Assembly: GCA_043228905.1 (NCBI GenBank)
Contig: JBHGNT010000001.1
Span: forward strand, 11,160,001-11,224,000
Length of the DNA: 64,000 nucleotides
Origin: Azolla caroliniana
Lineage: Eukaryota > Plantae > Polypodiophyta
Direction of reading: 5' to 3'
Both the position numbers and the translations under genes were made by a program. The notes beneath the pieces are model-generated. The model was not told the DNA's origin, ran no database searches, and saw only the letters and a program-made list of their open reading frames with translations. The stretch's first letter is position 1; every line of letters starts with the position of its first letter. Shown piece by piece: positions 25,001 to 35,799 of the stretch.

Positions 25001-28000
25001 TGTTTCTCCGACAACGGAGGGTGTACGATAGTCGGTGTCGTTGGCCGAGAAAAGACAAGGGCGGAAGAGCGACTTCGGGCGTGCGGAGTTCTCGGGCCCA
25101 GCGAAGAAATCAACTGAGCCGTGGAGGCGGTCTCCTTCGACGATACCTTGGGAATACTGCGAGAGGTGGTCAGAGAGGGCCTTAAATAGGACCGGACAAT
25201 ACCGGTTTGTTCAGAAGAGATGTATGAAGTCATCGCGGACTTCAGTCGAGGGCTCGAGTCGGATCGGACGGCCCGGGTTAACACGAAGTATAAGACTGTG
25301 GACCGGAAGGTAAGGCCAGTCGCGGCACCCTTACCGGAGGGCAGCGAGTTGCGAATCAAGGGGGTCGCGTCGGACCCCAGTTTACGAGATCCGGCCTGCA
25401 TAGGACACACCTTCACCGACAGAACGCTACGGGAGCTCAAAATCGGTGGGGGCGGGTTCCTACTGCCGGCGGAAGAAGACCGGTTTCGGAGAATGCTCGG
25501 AAGGCACGGGAAAACCTTCGCATTCTCACCGGGAGAGATCGGGTGCGTAGACCCGACAGTTGTGAAGCCGATGGTGATATTCACGGTACCGCATGTGCCG
25601 TGGAATCTCAAACCAATTCCGGTACCGAGAGCTCACATCCCGGAGCTGATGGAGCTGTTGAGGCAGAAAGTCGATATGGGCATCCTCGAACCGTCGAGTG
25701 CCCCGTACTCGAACCGGTAGTTTACTGTACCAAAGAAGAACGGGACGTTGCGCTTCATTCAAGACCTGCAACCGGTCAACAGAGTGACCATTCGGAACAA
25801 CGATAGACGAGTTCACGGAGGCCTTCGTCGGAAGGTCGATCTACTCGGTCGGTGATCTATACTCAGGGTACGATCAGTTCCAACTAGCCGTAGAGAGCAT
25901 AGACATTACGACGATGCGGACTCCTCTCGGCCTAGTGCGGATGTGTACCCTGCCACAAGGAGGGACGAACTCGGTGGCCCACATGGTGAATGCGATGAAC
26001 AACGTGCTGAGGGATTGTATCCCAGACATCATCATGCCATTCTTGGACGACATCCCGATCAAGGGATGTCCAATGGAGGAAAAGGAAGAAACGATCGGAC
26101 CGAACGGATGTCGGAGATTCGTGGCGACACACATTGACGACTGCGAGAGGGTGCTGCAGAGGCTAGAGGACGTGAGGCTCACCTTCTCCGGGGAGAAATC
26201 GGCCTTCGAGCAATCAGAGATCATGGTCGTCGGACATCTATGTGGACCGTATGGCCGGAAACCGTCTCCGGCTAAGGTGGAAGCCATCTCCGCAATGAAG
26301 CCCGACTGTAACTCGGTCACGGAGGTACAGAGGTTCTTGGGAGCATGCGCGTTCTACCACATATGGATCCCGCATTACGCCCACGTTGCCGAGCCGCTAT
26401 ACGGGTTGCTGAAAAAGGGGCGAAAATTCGAGTGGCGAGTCGAGCATACGAAGTTGGTCCGAAAAATGAAGGAGGCTCTTGTTGCAGCTCCGGCGCTCCG
26501 GAAGGCTGTCTACGAGAAAGGCACCCCCATCTACATAACGGTAGATACAAGTCCGACCGGGATCGGATGGGTCGTCAACCAAGAAGATGAGGACAATATT
26601 CGGTTCCCAATCCGGTTCGGCGCGAAGGTCCTCAGCGAGCGACAGCGAGGATATGCTCAGGTTAAACGTGAACTCTGGGGTATCGTTTCGGCGGTAAAGG
26701 CCGATAAAGACTATCTGATCGGGACATAGGTGATTATTGAGACGGACTGCCTGCCGATTCTCGGCATGGTTTCCGGATGCGCAACCCCAGACCTGGCAAT
26801 GCTCAGGTGGATAGCGTACATGAAGTCCCTGGATCAGGAAATACGACACATTTCCGGGAAAGACAATGCCATGGCCGACATGCTTTCGAGGGCGCGATTC
26901 GACGACGAGGGCGGCATGGTTTCGGAGGACGAGGAAGTCGGCGTGGACTTCTTCGAGGCGGCTTACGTAACAACCGAGGGGGGGAGCACTCTGGCGCTTA
27001 ACGATTTTAACGAGAGCAAGTACGATGGGGAGTGGCTGCAGATTGGAGGATTCTTAAGGACGATGACGCCGGGCGCGTCATGGACAAGGGACGAGGCCAA
27101 CCGGATCCGGAAGAAAGCGTACCGATTCTTTCTCCGGGACGGATACTTGTGGAAGCACCCGAAGAAGAGAAACGACATCCCGCTCCGAGTAGTGGCGATG
27201 AAGGAGGAACATGAGGAGTTGCTGAAGGCCTACCACGACAGCCCCTAGGCTGGACACCGTGGGACGTGGGCCACGTTCGAGAAACTAAAGGGGAAGTACT
27301 GGTGGCCGGGGCTGTACCGGGACATGCATTGGTTCGTGACAACTTGTGAGAGCTGTCAGGTGCACTCCATAGTCCGACATCGGGACGAGCTTCACCCTAC
27401 ATACCCTCCGGCCATCCACTTCAAATGGATGGTAGATTTGGTGACGATGCCGATGGGCATAGGGCAGATGCGATATCTGGTGCTAGCCTGGGAGGTCCTG
27501 ACGAACCAGGTGGAAGGCCGAGCCCTGCAGAACAAAACGACCGCAGCCATTTGTCGGTTCCTGATCGAGGACGTGATATGCCGGTACGGGTGCGTCGGAA
27601 AGATCGTGGCTGACCGCGGGGAGTTGGACGCCGAAGAGGCCGAGGAGCTGTTCGACCGGTTAGGGGTCAAGCTCTCGCTCACCACAGCATACAATCCGGA
27701 GGCAAACGGGAAGGTGGAGCGCGGGCACGGACCGATCGTCAAAGCGCTAGTCCGGGCATGCGGAGGCCAGGTCAGGAACTGGCCACGACTGTTACCTTAT
27801 GCCTTGTGGGCGAACCGGACAACGCACAGTTCAGTAACCGGGTTCATGCCGTCAGAGCTCATGTTCGGACAGAAGCCGATCATGCCGATGGAATGGACGA
27901 TCTCCTCTTGGGCGACAGTAGACTGGAGAGACGAGATGAGTGAGGAAGAACTGCTAGCGGCGCGTATATGGCAGCTCGAGCGGAGGCCAGAGGACGTGGA

Positions 28001-29099
28001 ACGAGCGGCGGAGAGACTTTGGACGGCGAGGATGAAGAACAAAGCCCGGTTCGACCGAACACACCGACTCCGACCAAAGAAAATCGAGGAAGGCGACTGG
28101 GTGCTAGTCTACGATAGCAGCCTCGACAACCAACGCCGAGCAACACGGAAGTTTGCAAAGCGGTGGTTCGAGCCTTACGTGGTAACGAGCGCCAACGACA
28201 ACGAGACGTATCACCTGGCGGAACTCGACGGTACGAGGATGGCGATACCGATAGCAGGGAAGCGGATCAAAGCGTTCAAGAAGCGCCACGATGGCGAACC
28301 GGATCTAAGAGGCCTGGACAACGACGACGAACAGTCCGAGACGGAGGACGAACCGATGGATGAGGAACCGGAACCCGGACCGGTTTTCTCCAACCAGAAC
28401 ACAATTTTGGCACATACCGGTGGATGCACAGTTAGGTGGGGGCGGATGTCGTGAAGAAAACCGTCCCTTAGAGCAATCGGTGCATATCGTGCGTGAACCG
28501 GCTCTTCACGCGTGCGCGCCCCCTTAATGTATATAATAGAGAATTAGGTACATAGGTATATCCTGGGAAGTTAGATTCGGTAGGTGGGAAGTAAATGAGG
28601 GAGACGACTCCCTTCTTGAAGTTATAAAAGAGAGGGAGACGCGGGGAGAAGGGAATCGCGCATTAAGGAGGACGAAGTGTTGTTGGACCGTAACCGAACG
28701 CTTCTCCTCTGTTTGTTCTCTATTGCTCTTCTATGCAGATTTTCGGGAGGCTCGCGCTGCTTCGAGGAACGCCCGTGTGCTTCCGGCAACACCTCCATCC
28801 TATCTCCTTTCGTGCGCAGACGAACAGGCATCAACATCTGTTCGCCGGCCTGTTCGGTTGTAACCGCTCGCGTGCTCTGTTGTTTATTTTGTTATTCGTT
28901 AATATACAAACATTCGTGTCTCTCTGTCTCTATGTCCTTTCGTGTCTTCTGCGTTGACGGGTCGTGCCCCCTATGTTCCTTTGCTCACACGCAACCGGGC
29001 GTCTCTCTCTTTCTCTTTCCCCTTCTATCACCTGCTCTTCGATTCAAGACCCCGGTGGTCCCGCCTCGTTTCTCCACGCACGCGCGTAGTAACGCGACA
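22067..29099 (+). mobile_element. Near-complete non-chromoviral Ty3/Gypsy LTR retrotransposon (Phygy/Selgy- or fungal-like)
   Basis: 653-bp LTRs at 22067-22719 and 28447-29099 (about 20 substitutions by eye) and a 4-bp TSD ACGT. PBS TGGTGAACCCGACGTGA and PPT ggtgggggcgga. Gag CCHC CMWCDEVGHIRKDC, PR LVDHGSE, RT LPQG/FLDD, RH VDTSP, INT H..C..C and YNPEANGKVER. Several premature stops. Confidence 0.95.
24881..24924 (+). promoter_or_regulatory. Candidate -1 programmed ribosomal frameshift signal
   Basis: G GAT TTT, then TAG ending the gag-PR frame, a 6-nt spacer and stem gggctgtc/gacagtcc. Pol continues in the -1 frame. Confidence 0.7.
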
Positions 29100-30407
29100 A
29101 CGTGTTGTAGGACACTCACGTCTACACACTATTTGATGGTGGCCATCGCCTTCCTGTTTAGGAGTTTCCATTCAAACTCTAATACCCCTATGGGTATTTC
29201 ACTTCTGTCTATGGGTTCACACAAATCTTTGACTATAAGAAGATCCTCCATTTTTATCTTCCAATCAGAGTAGTTGTGTGGGTTCAAGACTATCATTCTT
29301 GGGAAACCGCTCACACCTCCTTCCATTCTTGCACCTCAGGCTCAGATACCAATTTGTAGAGTTCAAATTGTAGATCTACGAGAAAGATAGATTGAAATTG
29401 CAAAATGTAGAAAACAGAAAACAACCAAATCGACTGAGAATAAAATAGTACACAAGTTTTACATGGAAACCCTAAACAAGGGGAAAACCACAGGCAACAT
29501 ATCTACAATATATATTAGAGGTACAAGAGGAAAGACACAAGGACTCTGTTATCTCAGAGTATTCACCACTTAGGGTTTTACCAGAGTGTCACTCACACTC
29601 ATGCTCTCTCGCATCTCTTCCTATTCTCTGGTGCTCTCACTTTAGCTCTCTACAACAGAAGCTCTATGCACATCATTTTTCATAATGGTTGCCCAAGGTG
29701 TATTTATACTCATACACAATATTGGCTATTTACAAATGTACCCGTTATTATTATTATTATATATAATGTAAATAATAATTAATCGGCCCGGTCTTTGGCC
29801 ATCCGGTCGGCTCGACTTGTCGACCTTGTCTTTGGCCATCCGGTCGACCCGACTTGTCGGCCTTGTCTTTGACCATCCGGTCGACCCGACTTGTCGGCCT
29901 TGTCTTCGACCATCCGGTCAACCCGACTTAGAGCATCCATCCAATGTAGTCGACTCTCTATCTCCTTCAAACAAGTTGACCACCTTGTCGACTCGTTGGT
30001 CGATCCGATCGACCATCCCGTATTCGGCTTGTCAATTCAACTGTCGAGTTCTTTCTTGGCTTCGACTGTCGACTTCTCCCATAGGAGGGACAAAATCCTA
30101 ACATAATGTTGAAATGAGAGATAACATTCATGGTCATGGCTTTATTTTGACATCACTTTACAGTATAGCTTGACAAAGTGGAAGTTGTTTATGTGGCGTC
30201 AATGATCACAATGCTACGAAGATTCATCTCCCTAATAGTTTGGAATTTCTACGTACTCACACACACACACACACACGAACAAACACACCCACACAAATAC
30301 AAACATAGTAGACAAGCACACCCACCCACCCACCTATGAGCTAGACAGAGAGTGGAGCATAGGAGATAGACACAAAGCGAGGTACGTAAGATAATCTTGG
30401 TCACTCA

Positions 30408-30442
<35 letters not shown>

Positions 30443-30657
30443 ATGACATCTCGAGGTCGAGGAAGTGATACGGTGAGATTGGGGTGAATGAATGAACAAG
30501 GAAACAAATGCATAATACATACATACATAGTGAGAGAGGAGCCCAAACTTTTGAGACAAAATGAATGAATGAATGAAAATGGCAGAAGAAGAAGAATGGA
30601 GGGGAGAGAAAGAGAGACAGTAGGAGTGTGTACATTTTAATCCCACGAGTCTGTTAT

Positions 30658-30661
<4 letters not shown>

Positions 30662-30700
<39 letters not shown>

Positions 30701-30775
30701 GGAGCCCTAATCCTGACACCATCGCCATAGCCAATCAGGAAACAAAATAAAATAAAACCTTCTCCTCGTTTATAA

Positions 30776-30800
<25 letters not shown>
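30662..30800. repeat. (CT)n microsatellites upstream of SUVH
   Basis: CT tracts at about 30662-30696 and 30776-30800. CA tracts at about 30258 and 30410. Confidence 0.9.
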
Positions 30801-30806
<6 letters not shown>

Positions 30807-30938
30807 TTTCGGTTCCTTTCACTCAGCCTTAAATTCCTCGACCTTTTCATATTCGTCGCTCTTCTTCTTCCTAGGCATGGCGCTGCCTTAATTCGGTGCA
30901 TCCTCGCTGTCTCTCCTCTTGTCTTCCTCCTCAAATCT

Positions 30939-33900
30939 ATGGATGAAGATGACGATCGAGACTTCTCGATGCTTGTCAAGAATCTCACAGGTCGCGAATT
31001 TCTGCAGCGTCAGAAGCAGACGAAATGCGAGGATGAAGAAGTATTGCGGAGAAACAACAGAGGAAGGAACGACGTAGATTGGGACAATTCCAACCATAGA
31101 CATAGACATGGCGATAGCCGGAGCCATGGAAGTGGAGGAGGAAGCTACCCGAACAAAGTTAACAGAAGTTTCAACAGAAATATGGAAGAATATAGGAATA
31201 ATAAAACAGGTGGGAGATTTATGGAGGATGCACGAAATAGACGTTTGTTGGAGGAAGAAAATCGACATGATGGTAGCTACGAAGGAGTATCAGGAAGATT
31301 CTTCTCCCAACAGAAAAAGAAACCGCAGGAAACTTCGGGAGGAGGCAGAAGGAGAGACCCAGGAATTAATAACGATAACCTCTGGTTCCGACATGGAGGT
31401 AAGCCTTCCCCTTATAATAGTCATCAGAATAAACAGAAGCATCAGGTCAGCAGAAATGGTTTTGGAACGATGGAGGAGAAGAACGAAAATGATGAAGATG
31501 ATGATCAAGAAGACAAAACATCAATAATAGAAGAAGAAACTCTCAGATCTGGACGTAGCTATCATATAAATGGTCATAGTCAGGACAACAGCAAGAATAT
31601 AGTTGATAAAGAAGAAGTAATGCCTCCATCTGATCATAATTATCATGTATCTGATCATAGCATGAAGAGAGATGGAAAAGAACAAAAACATGAAATTGTT
31701 CGATCTGAACATAGTTATCATGTAAGTGAACATAATCAGAACAGTGACAAGAAGAGCGATGGAAAAGAAGAAGAAGAAGAAACAGTTCAACCTGAGAAGA
31801 GAGATGGAAAAGAACAACAACAAAAAGATGAAATTTTTGGATCTGACCATAGTTATCATGTAAATGAACATAATCAGAACAGTGACAAGAAGAGAGATGG
31901 AAAAGAAGAAGAAGAAGAAACAGTTCAACCTGACCATAGCAACTGTGTAAAGGATCATTGTCAAGACAGTTGCAAGAAGAGAGAGGGGAAGGAAGAAACA
32001 CTTCAATCTGCTTATAGCAAGAGTTCTGGAAAGACAAATGGGAAAGAAGCAGGACCTTTTGGATCAGACCGTATGTATGTGAACAGAGAAGAAGAAGAAG
32101 AAGAAAAGCTCCATCGCCTCCAACAGCCTACACCTTCGATTACCACCTGGCTTAATAGCAAACAAGAATGTTTCTCAGTTTCTCCCTATCTAATTGAGGA
32201 TAGCAAGACAGATTATTGGAAAATCCCAGATCAGAATATTTCTGATGATAATATCATAGGTCAGAAAATGAGTGTTCAAGATCTCAAAGTCCGACCTGAC
32301 AGATCTTTCATTTCTTGTGACGGTGGCAAAAGAAAGCGTCTGAGATCTTCTGCCATTCGCGATTATCCCGAAGGTTGTGCTAGGATCTCTAACATTTGGA
32401 CATCCTCTGCGCCTGCTATATCTTCTCCTGGTCTTTCCTTAGGTGATGATACATGGAAACATCAAGCTGTGGAGTATCCAGTGGAGGTAGCCAACTGCTC
32501 AGAGGATAGAATGTCTGTGGATCTTGGAGGTCACAAAGATGGTTTGATGAACCATCCAAGTTCTCAAAGCTCAAAGCTTATATTTGCTGACAATATTGTC
32601 GTTTACACGAAGAAACAGAATTTTGGAGAAGCAATTGGAAAGCAGAAGCTCAACGATGTGAAAAAGGTCGAAGATGATGGAGCTCAGAAACTCGAAGGCA
32701 TGGGACAAATCGGAAATCAGAAGCTTGAGGAGATGAAAGGCATTAGCATATCAGCCGCTGGCCCTAAATGTATACAAGATGATTCTGCAAAGCAACACAA
32801 ATTTGGCAAAGAGATCGTGAATCAGAAGCCTGAAGAGATGGAAAGGATGGAAAATCTTAGTTCAGTCCTTACTAAGGATATCATCTCAAATTCCACTAGA
32901 AAGCTAGAAAATCACTCAGTGGTGGATCAGGTCTTCCAGTATATTTCTACAGAGGTGATTGTATTGGAGCCCGAGGATGATTCAACAGATTCTGTTCAAG
33001 CTATTGATCGAATCTCGATCCCTGAAAGAGGTTTGCAAATTTATCAACAAGGTAATGAAGAAAAGGTTACTACTTTCCCATCATTTCAGAGTACACAGAA
33101 TGTTACCGAGAGTCCAAAATTACGGTTGATAAGGAACGGTATTGTGTTGGATAATGAATGTACAGGTACGGTTGAGAGTCAATCTGCACTCCAAGATGCC
33201 TCAAAGTATTCTCTTCAAGTTAATGATGCTATCTCAATTCCTGAAACAAGTTTTGGAACTTGTCTACTAGATAATGATAGAAAGGTTTCCATTTGCTCTT
33301 CTAAGAGTGCAGAGATGAATGATGTGGATGGAAAGCATAGACCATTGCTTAAGGACAAGGAAGGGTTGAGTGCAAAGATATTTGATTCATCTAAGAGAAG
33401 ACAAAATATTACTGAGAAGCCAAAGGTACACTATATACCTGAGCTTAAAAACAATGTAGGAGCCTTAATACCTATGCAAAACAACGCCTTTGATTCCTCT
33501 CAAACTAGAGTGAATGACGCCAACAGGCCAGAAATACAGTTTATAAGTGAGGTTCCAAACAGTTCAAGAGCATTAGTACCTGTTGGAAACAGTAAAAATA
33601 TTATCAACAAGAGGGCCAATGATGAGGTGAAACTCTGTAGTCAGCGAGCTCGAAGTAGAATAAATCACTCTGAGCATAGTGATGCAAGTGTGAACAACAT
33701 TATATTCAGAGGTCCATTGGCCACTGGTTTATCTCAAGGCGAAGGAATGAGTGCCCGTGCATTAGTGAAGAGAACATTGCATGAGTTTGAATCACTTCGT
33801 AGAGAGTATGTCAAGTCCAAAGATAAGGCTAAAAGCAAAAGGTCGGATCTTGAGGCAGGAAGCATGTTAAGACAAAAGGGAAGATGGCAAAACCACTCTG

Positions 33901-35297
33901 CAGAGAAGATTATTGGAGAGGTTCCTGGTGTAGAAGTGGGTGATCAATTCTCCTTTCGAATTGAGATGTTGATTATAGGTTTGCATAGACAACTCCAAGG
34001 TGGAATTGATTATATTCCTGCTAGTAGAAGAAGTAGTGGAATGCCCCTTGCTACGAGCATTGTTGCTTCAGGCGGTTATGAAGATGATAAAGATTCGGGA
34101 GACAAGCTTATATACTCTGGTCAAGGTGGTAATAACTACAAAGGAGACAAACGACAAGGAAGTGATCAAAGTTTAGTTCGAGGTAATCTTGCAATGAGCA
34201 ATTGTATGAAAGAACGAACTCCAGTTCGTGTTATTAGAGGTACTTTCGATCCAGCGAGTCCGTCATCAAAACTATACACATACGATGGTTTATATGATGT
34301 AGTTAATGTACACTTTGATAATGGGGCAGCTGGCTTTGGTGTATATCAATTTACATTGATTAGGAGACCTGGACAACCACAATTAGGCTTATCTATTGTG
34401 CAGTTTGTTGGTAACCTTAAGAAGAAAGGGTTAGCTCGACCTAACCTCCTCTTAGAAGACCTATCTCAAGGCCAGGAAAATTGGCCTATTTGTGTTGTAA
34501 ATGAAGTAGATGGAGATCCAGCACCTACTAACTTTACATATATTCCGAATATCAAGTATCCGAAGTGGTTCTCACATGTATTACCTCAAGGTTGTGATTG
34601 TGAGGGAGGTTGTTCTGATGAGACGAATTGTAATTGTGTATTGAAAAATGGTGGAGAATTACCTTATAATGAGAAGGGTTATATCATTCGAGACAAGAAG
34701 GTGGTCTATGAATGTGGTAGTTCATGCCGATGCTCTAGCAATTGTTCAAATAGAGTAAGCCAAAAGGGTTTAAGATATCAACTAGAGGTTTTTAAGACCA
34801 AGAATCGAGGATGGGGTGTTAGATCAGTTAACCCTATACAACCTGGAGGCTTTATTTGTGAATATACTGGTGAGCTTTTATCTGATGCCGAAGCTGAACA
34901 AAGGGTTGAGAATGATGAGTATCTTTTTGAACTAGGAAACAACTGCAATCTAGAGAGTACTGATGGTGGGCTACAATTGAAGAATTTGGCAACTACAGTG
35001 TTATCATCGGTGAACGAGGATATAGGATATACCATCGATGCAAAATGTATGGGCAATGTTGCTCGCTTCATCAACCATAGTTGCTCCCCAAATCTCTTTG
35101 CTCAGAATGTATTATATGATTCTGATGATTTAAGATTCCCACATGTTATGTTATTTGCAATGGAAAATATACCCCCAATGAGAGAGCTAACCTATGATTA
35201 TAATTATACTGTTGGTCAAGTGTTGGATGCAAGTGGTAATATAAAGAGCAAAGCTTGCTATTGTGGAGCTTCAGATTGCAAAGGGAGGTTGTATTAG
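30939..35297 (+). CDS. SUVH: Histone H3K9 methyltransferase, SUVH5/6-like (SRA-YDG, pre-SET, SET, post-SET), intronless
   Basis: 1452-aa ORF. SRA VPGVEVGDQF...LYTYDGLY, Cys-rich pre-SET, SET RGWGV / RFINHSCSPN / ELTYDYN and post-SET CYCGASDCKGRLY. Confidence 0.97.
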   Translation: MDEDDDRDFSMLVKNLTGREFLQRQKQTKCEDEEVLRRNNRGRNDVDWDNSNHRHRHGDSRSHGSGGGSYPNKVNRSFNRNMEEYRNNKTGGRFMEDARNRRLLEEENRHDGSYEGVSGRFFSQQKKKPQETSGGGRRRDPGINNDNLWFRHGGKPSPYNSHQNKQKHQVSRNGFGTMEEKNENDEDDDQEDKTSIIEEETLRSGRSYHINGHSQDNSKNIVDKEEVMPPSDHNYHVSDHSMKRDGKEQKHEIVRSEHSYHVSEHNQNSDKKSDGKEEEEETVQPEKRDGKEQQQKDEIFGSDHSYHVNEHNQNSDKKRDGKEEEEETVQPDHSNCVKDHCQDSCKKREGKEETLQSAYSKSSGKTNGKEAGPFGSDRMYVNREEEEEEKLHRLQQPTPSITTWLNSKQECFSVSPYLIEDSKTDYWKIPDQNISDDNIIGQKMSVQDLKVRPDRSFISCDGGKRKRLRSSAIRDYPEGCARISNIWTSSAPAISSPGLSLGDDTWKHQAVEYPVEVANCSEDRMSVDLGGHKDGLMNHPSSQSSKLIFADNIVVYTKKQNFGEAIGKQKLNDVKKVEDDGAQKLEGMGQIGNQKLEEMKGISISAAGPKCIQDDSAKQHKFGKEIVNQKPEEMERMENLSSVLTKDIISNSTRKLENHSVVDQVFQYISTEVIVLEPEDDSTDSVQAIDRISIPERGLQIYQQGNEEKVTTFPSFQSTQNVTESPKLRLIRNGIVLDNECTGTVESQSALQDASKYSLQVNDAISIPETSFGTCLLDNDRKVSICSSKSAEMNDVDGKHRPLLKDKEGLSAKIFDSSKRRQNITEKPKVHYIPELKNNVGALIPMQNNAFDSSQTRVNDANRPEIQFISEVPNSSRALVPVGNSKNIINKRANDEVKLCSQRARSRINHSEHSDASVNNIIFRGPLATGLSQGEGMSARALVKRTLHEFESLRREYVKSKDKAKSKRSDLEAGSMLRQKGRWQNHSAEKIIGEVPGVEVGDQFSFRIEMLIIGLHRQLQGGIDYIPASRRSSGMPLATSIVASGGYEDDKDSGDKLIYSGQGGNNYKGDKRQGSDQSLVRGNLAMSNCMKERTPVRVIRGTFDPASPSSKLYTYDGLYDVVNVHFDNGAAGFGVYQFTLIRRPGQPQLGLSIVQFVGNLKKKGLARPNLLLEDLSQGQENWPICVVNEVDGDPAPTNFTYIPNIKYPKWFSHVLPQGCDCEGGCSDETNCNCVLKNGGELPYNEKGYIIRDKKVVYECGSSCRCSSNCSNRVSQKGLRYQLEVFKTKNRGWGVRSVNPIQPGGFICEYTGELLSDAEAEQRVENDEYLFELGNNCNLESTDGGLQLKNLATTVLSSVNEDIGYTIDAKCMGNVARFINHSCSPNLFAQNVLYDSDDLRFPHVMLFAMENIPPMRELTYDYNYTVGQVLDASGNIKSKACYCGASDCKGRLY

Positions 35298-35479
35298 TAC
35301 TTATGTTTTGGATCATTTACGTTTGTAAATGATGTACCCTTCCAGAGCTTTGCGTCATGGAACTCATATTTGTAATTACAAAAATATGAAACTCGGTTGA
35401 CTGGGTTATCCATTTTTCTCAAAGCATTGTATTATTTTTTTGAAAAGAGGAAGATGGTGAAAGTGTCGGAAAGCAAATG

Positions 35480-35650
35480 CAGTATGGATAGAGTTTCGAT
35501 ATATGTGTATGTTGCATGTGCCAAAGGAACCAACCATGAGAGGCATGGAGACCCACCTAATGCAATATGGATCAAAGTTTCAATATATATGTATGTTGCT
35601 TGCGCTCGAGGAACCAACCCTAAAAGGCATGAAGACCCACTTAATGCAGG
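35480..35650. repeat. Direct duplication of about 84 bp downstream of SUVH
   Basis: gtttc(g/a)atatat(g/a)tgtatgttgc...ggaaccaacc...gacccac occurs twice. Confidence 0.75.
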
Positions 35651-35799
35651 GGTGGGAAAAACACAAAAGTATGTGAACCATGCATAATAAAGGCTACCCA
35701 CCATTTAAGGCTATATATTTTTACTTGCATTGCTTGATATTCTTCTATCAAGGCTTTAATCTAATATTAAGGGCCCAAAAAATAGTCGTGTAATGAGGT

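Larger units (their letters stand above)
17561..30103 (-). mobile_element. Tork/Tnt1-like Ty1/Copia, interrupted by younger insertions; 5' LTR 29355-30103
   Basis: PBS TGGTATCTGAGC at about 29340-29351 and gag start MEGG...NYSDWKIKMEDLL at 29326. Gag resumes at 22066, then PR WVIVSGASFH, INT (21000-20461 and 19180-18928) and RT KSLYGLKQAP/LLYVGDML at 18400-17600. Confidence 0.85.

Noticed and set aside
24787-25611. 274-aa antisense ORF across the PR-RT junction
   Set aside because: Likely a shadow of GC-rich pol codon usage, with no recognisable motifs.
31521-32037. Hydrophobic antisense ORFs with poly-F or poly-L runs
   Set aside because: They are the reverse complement of GAA-rich SUVH repeats.
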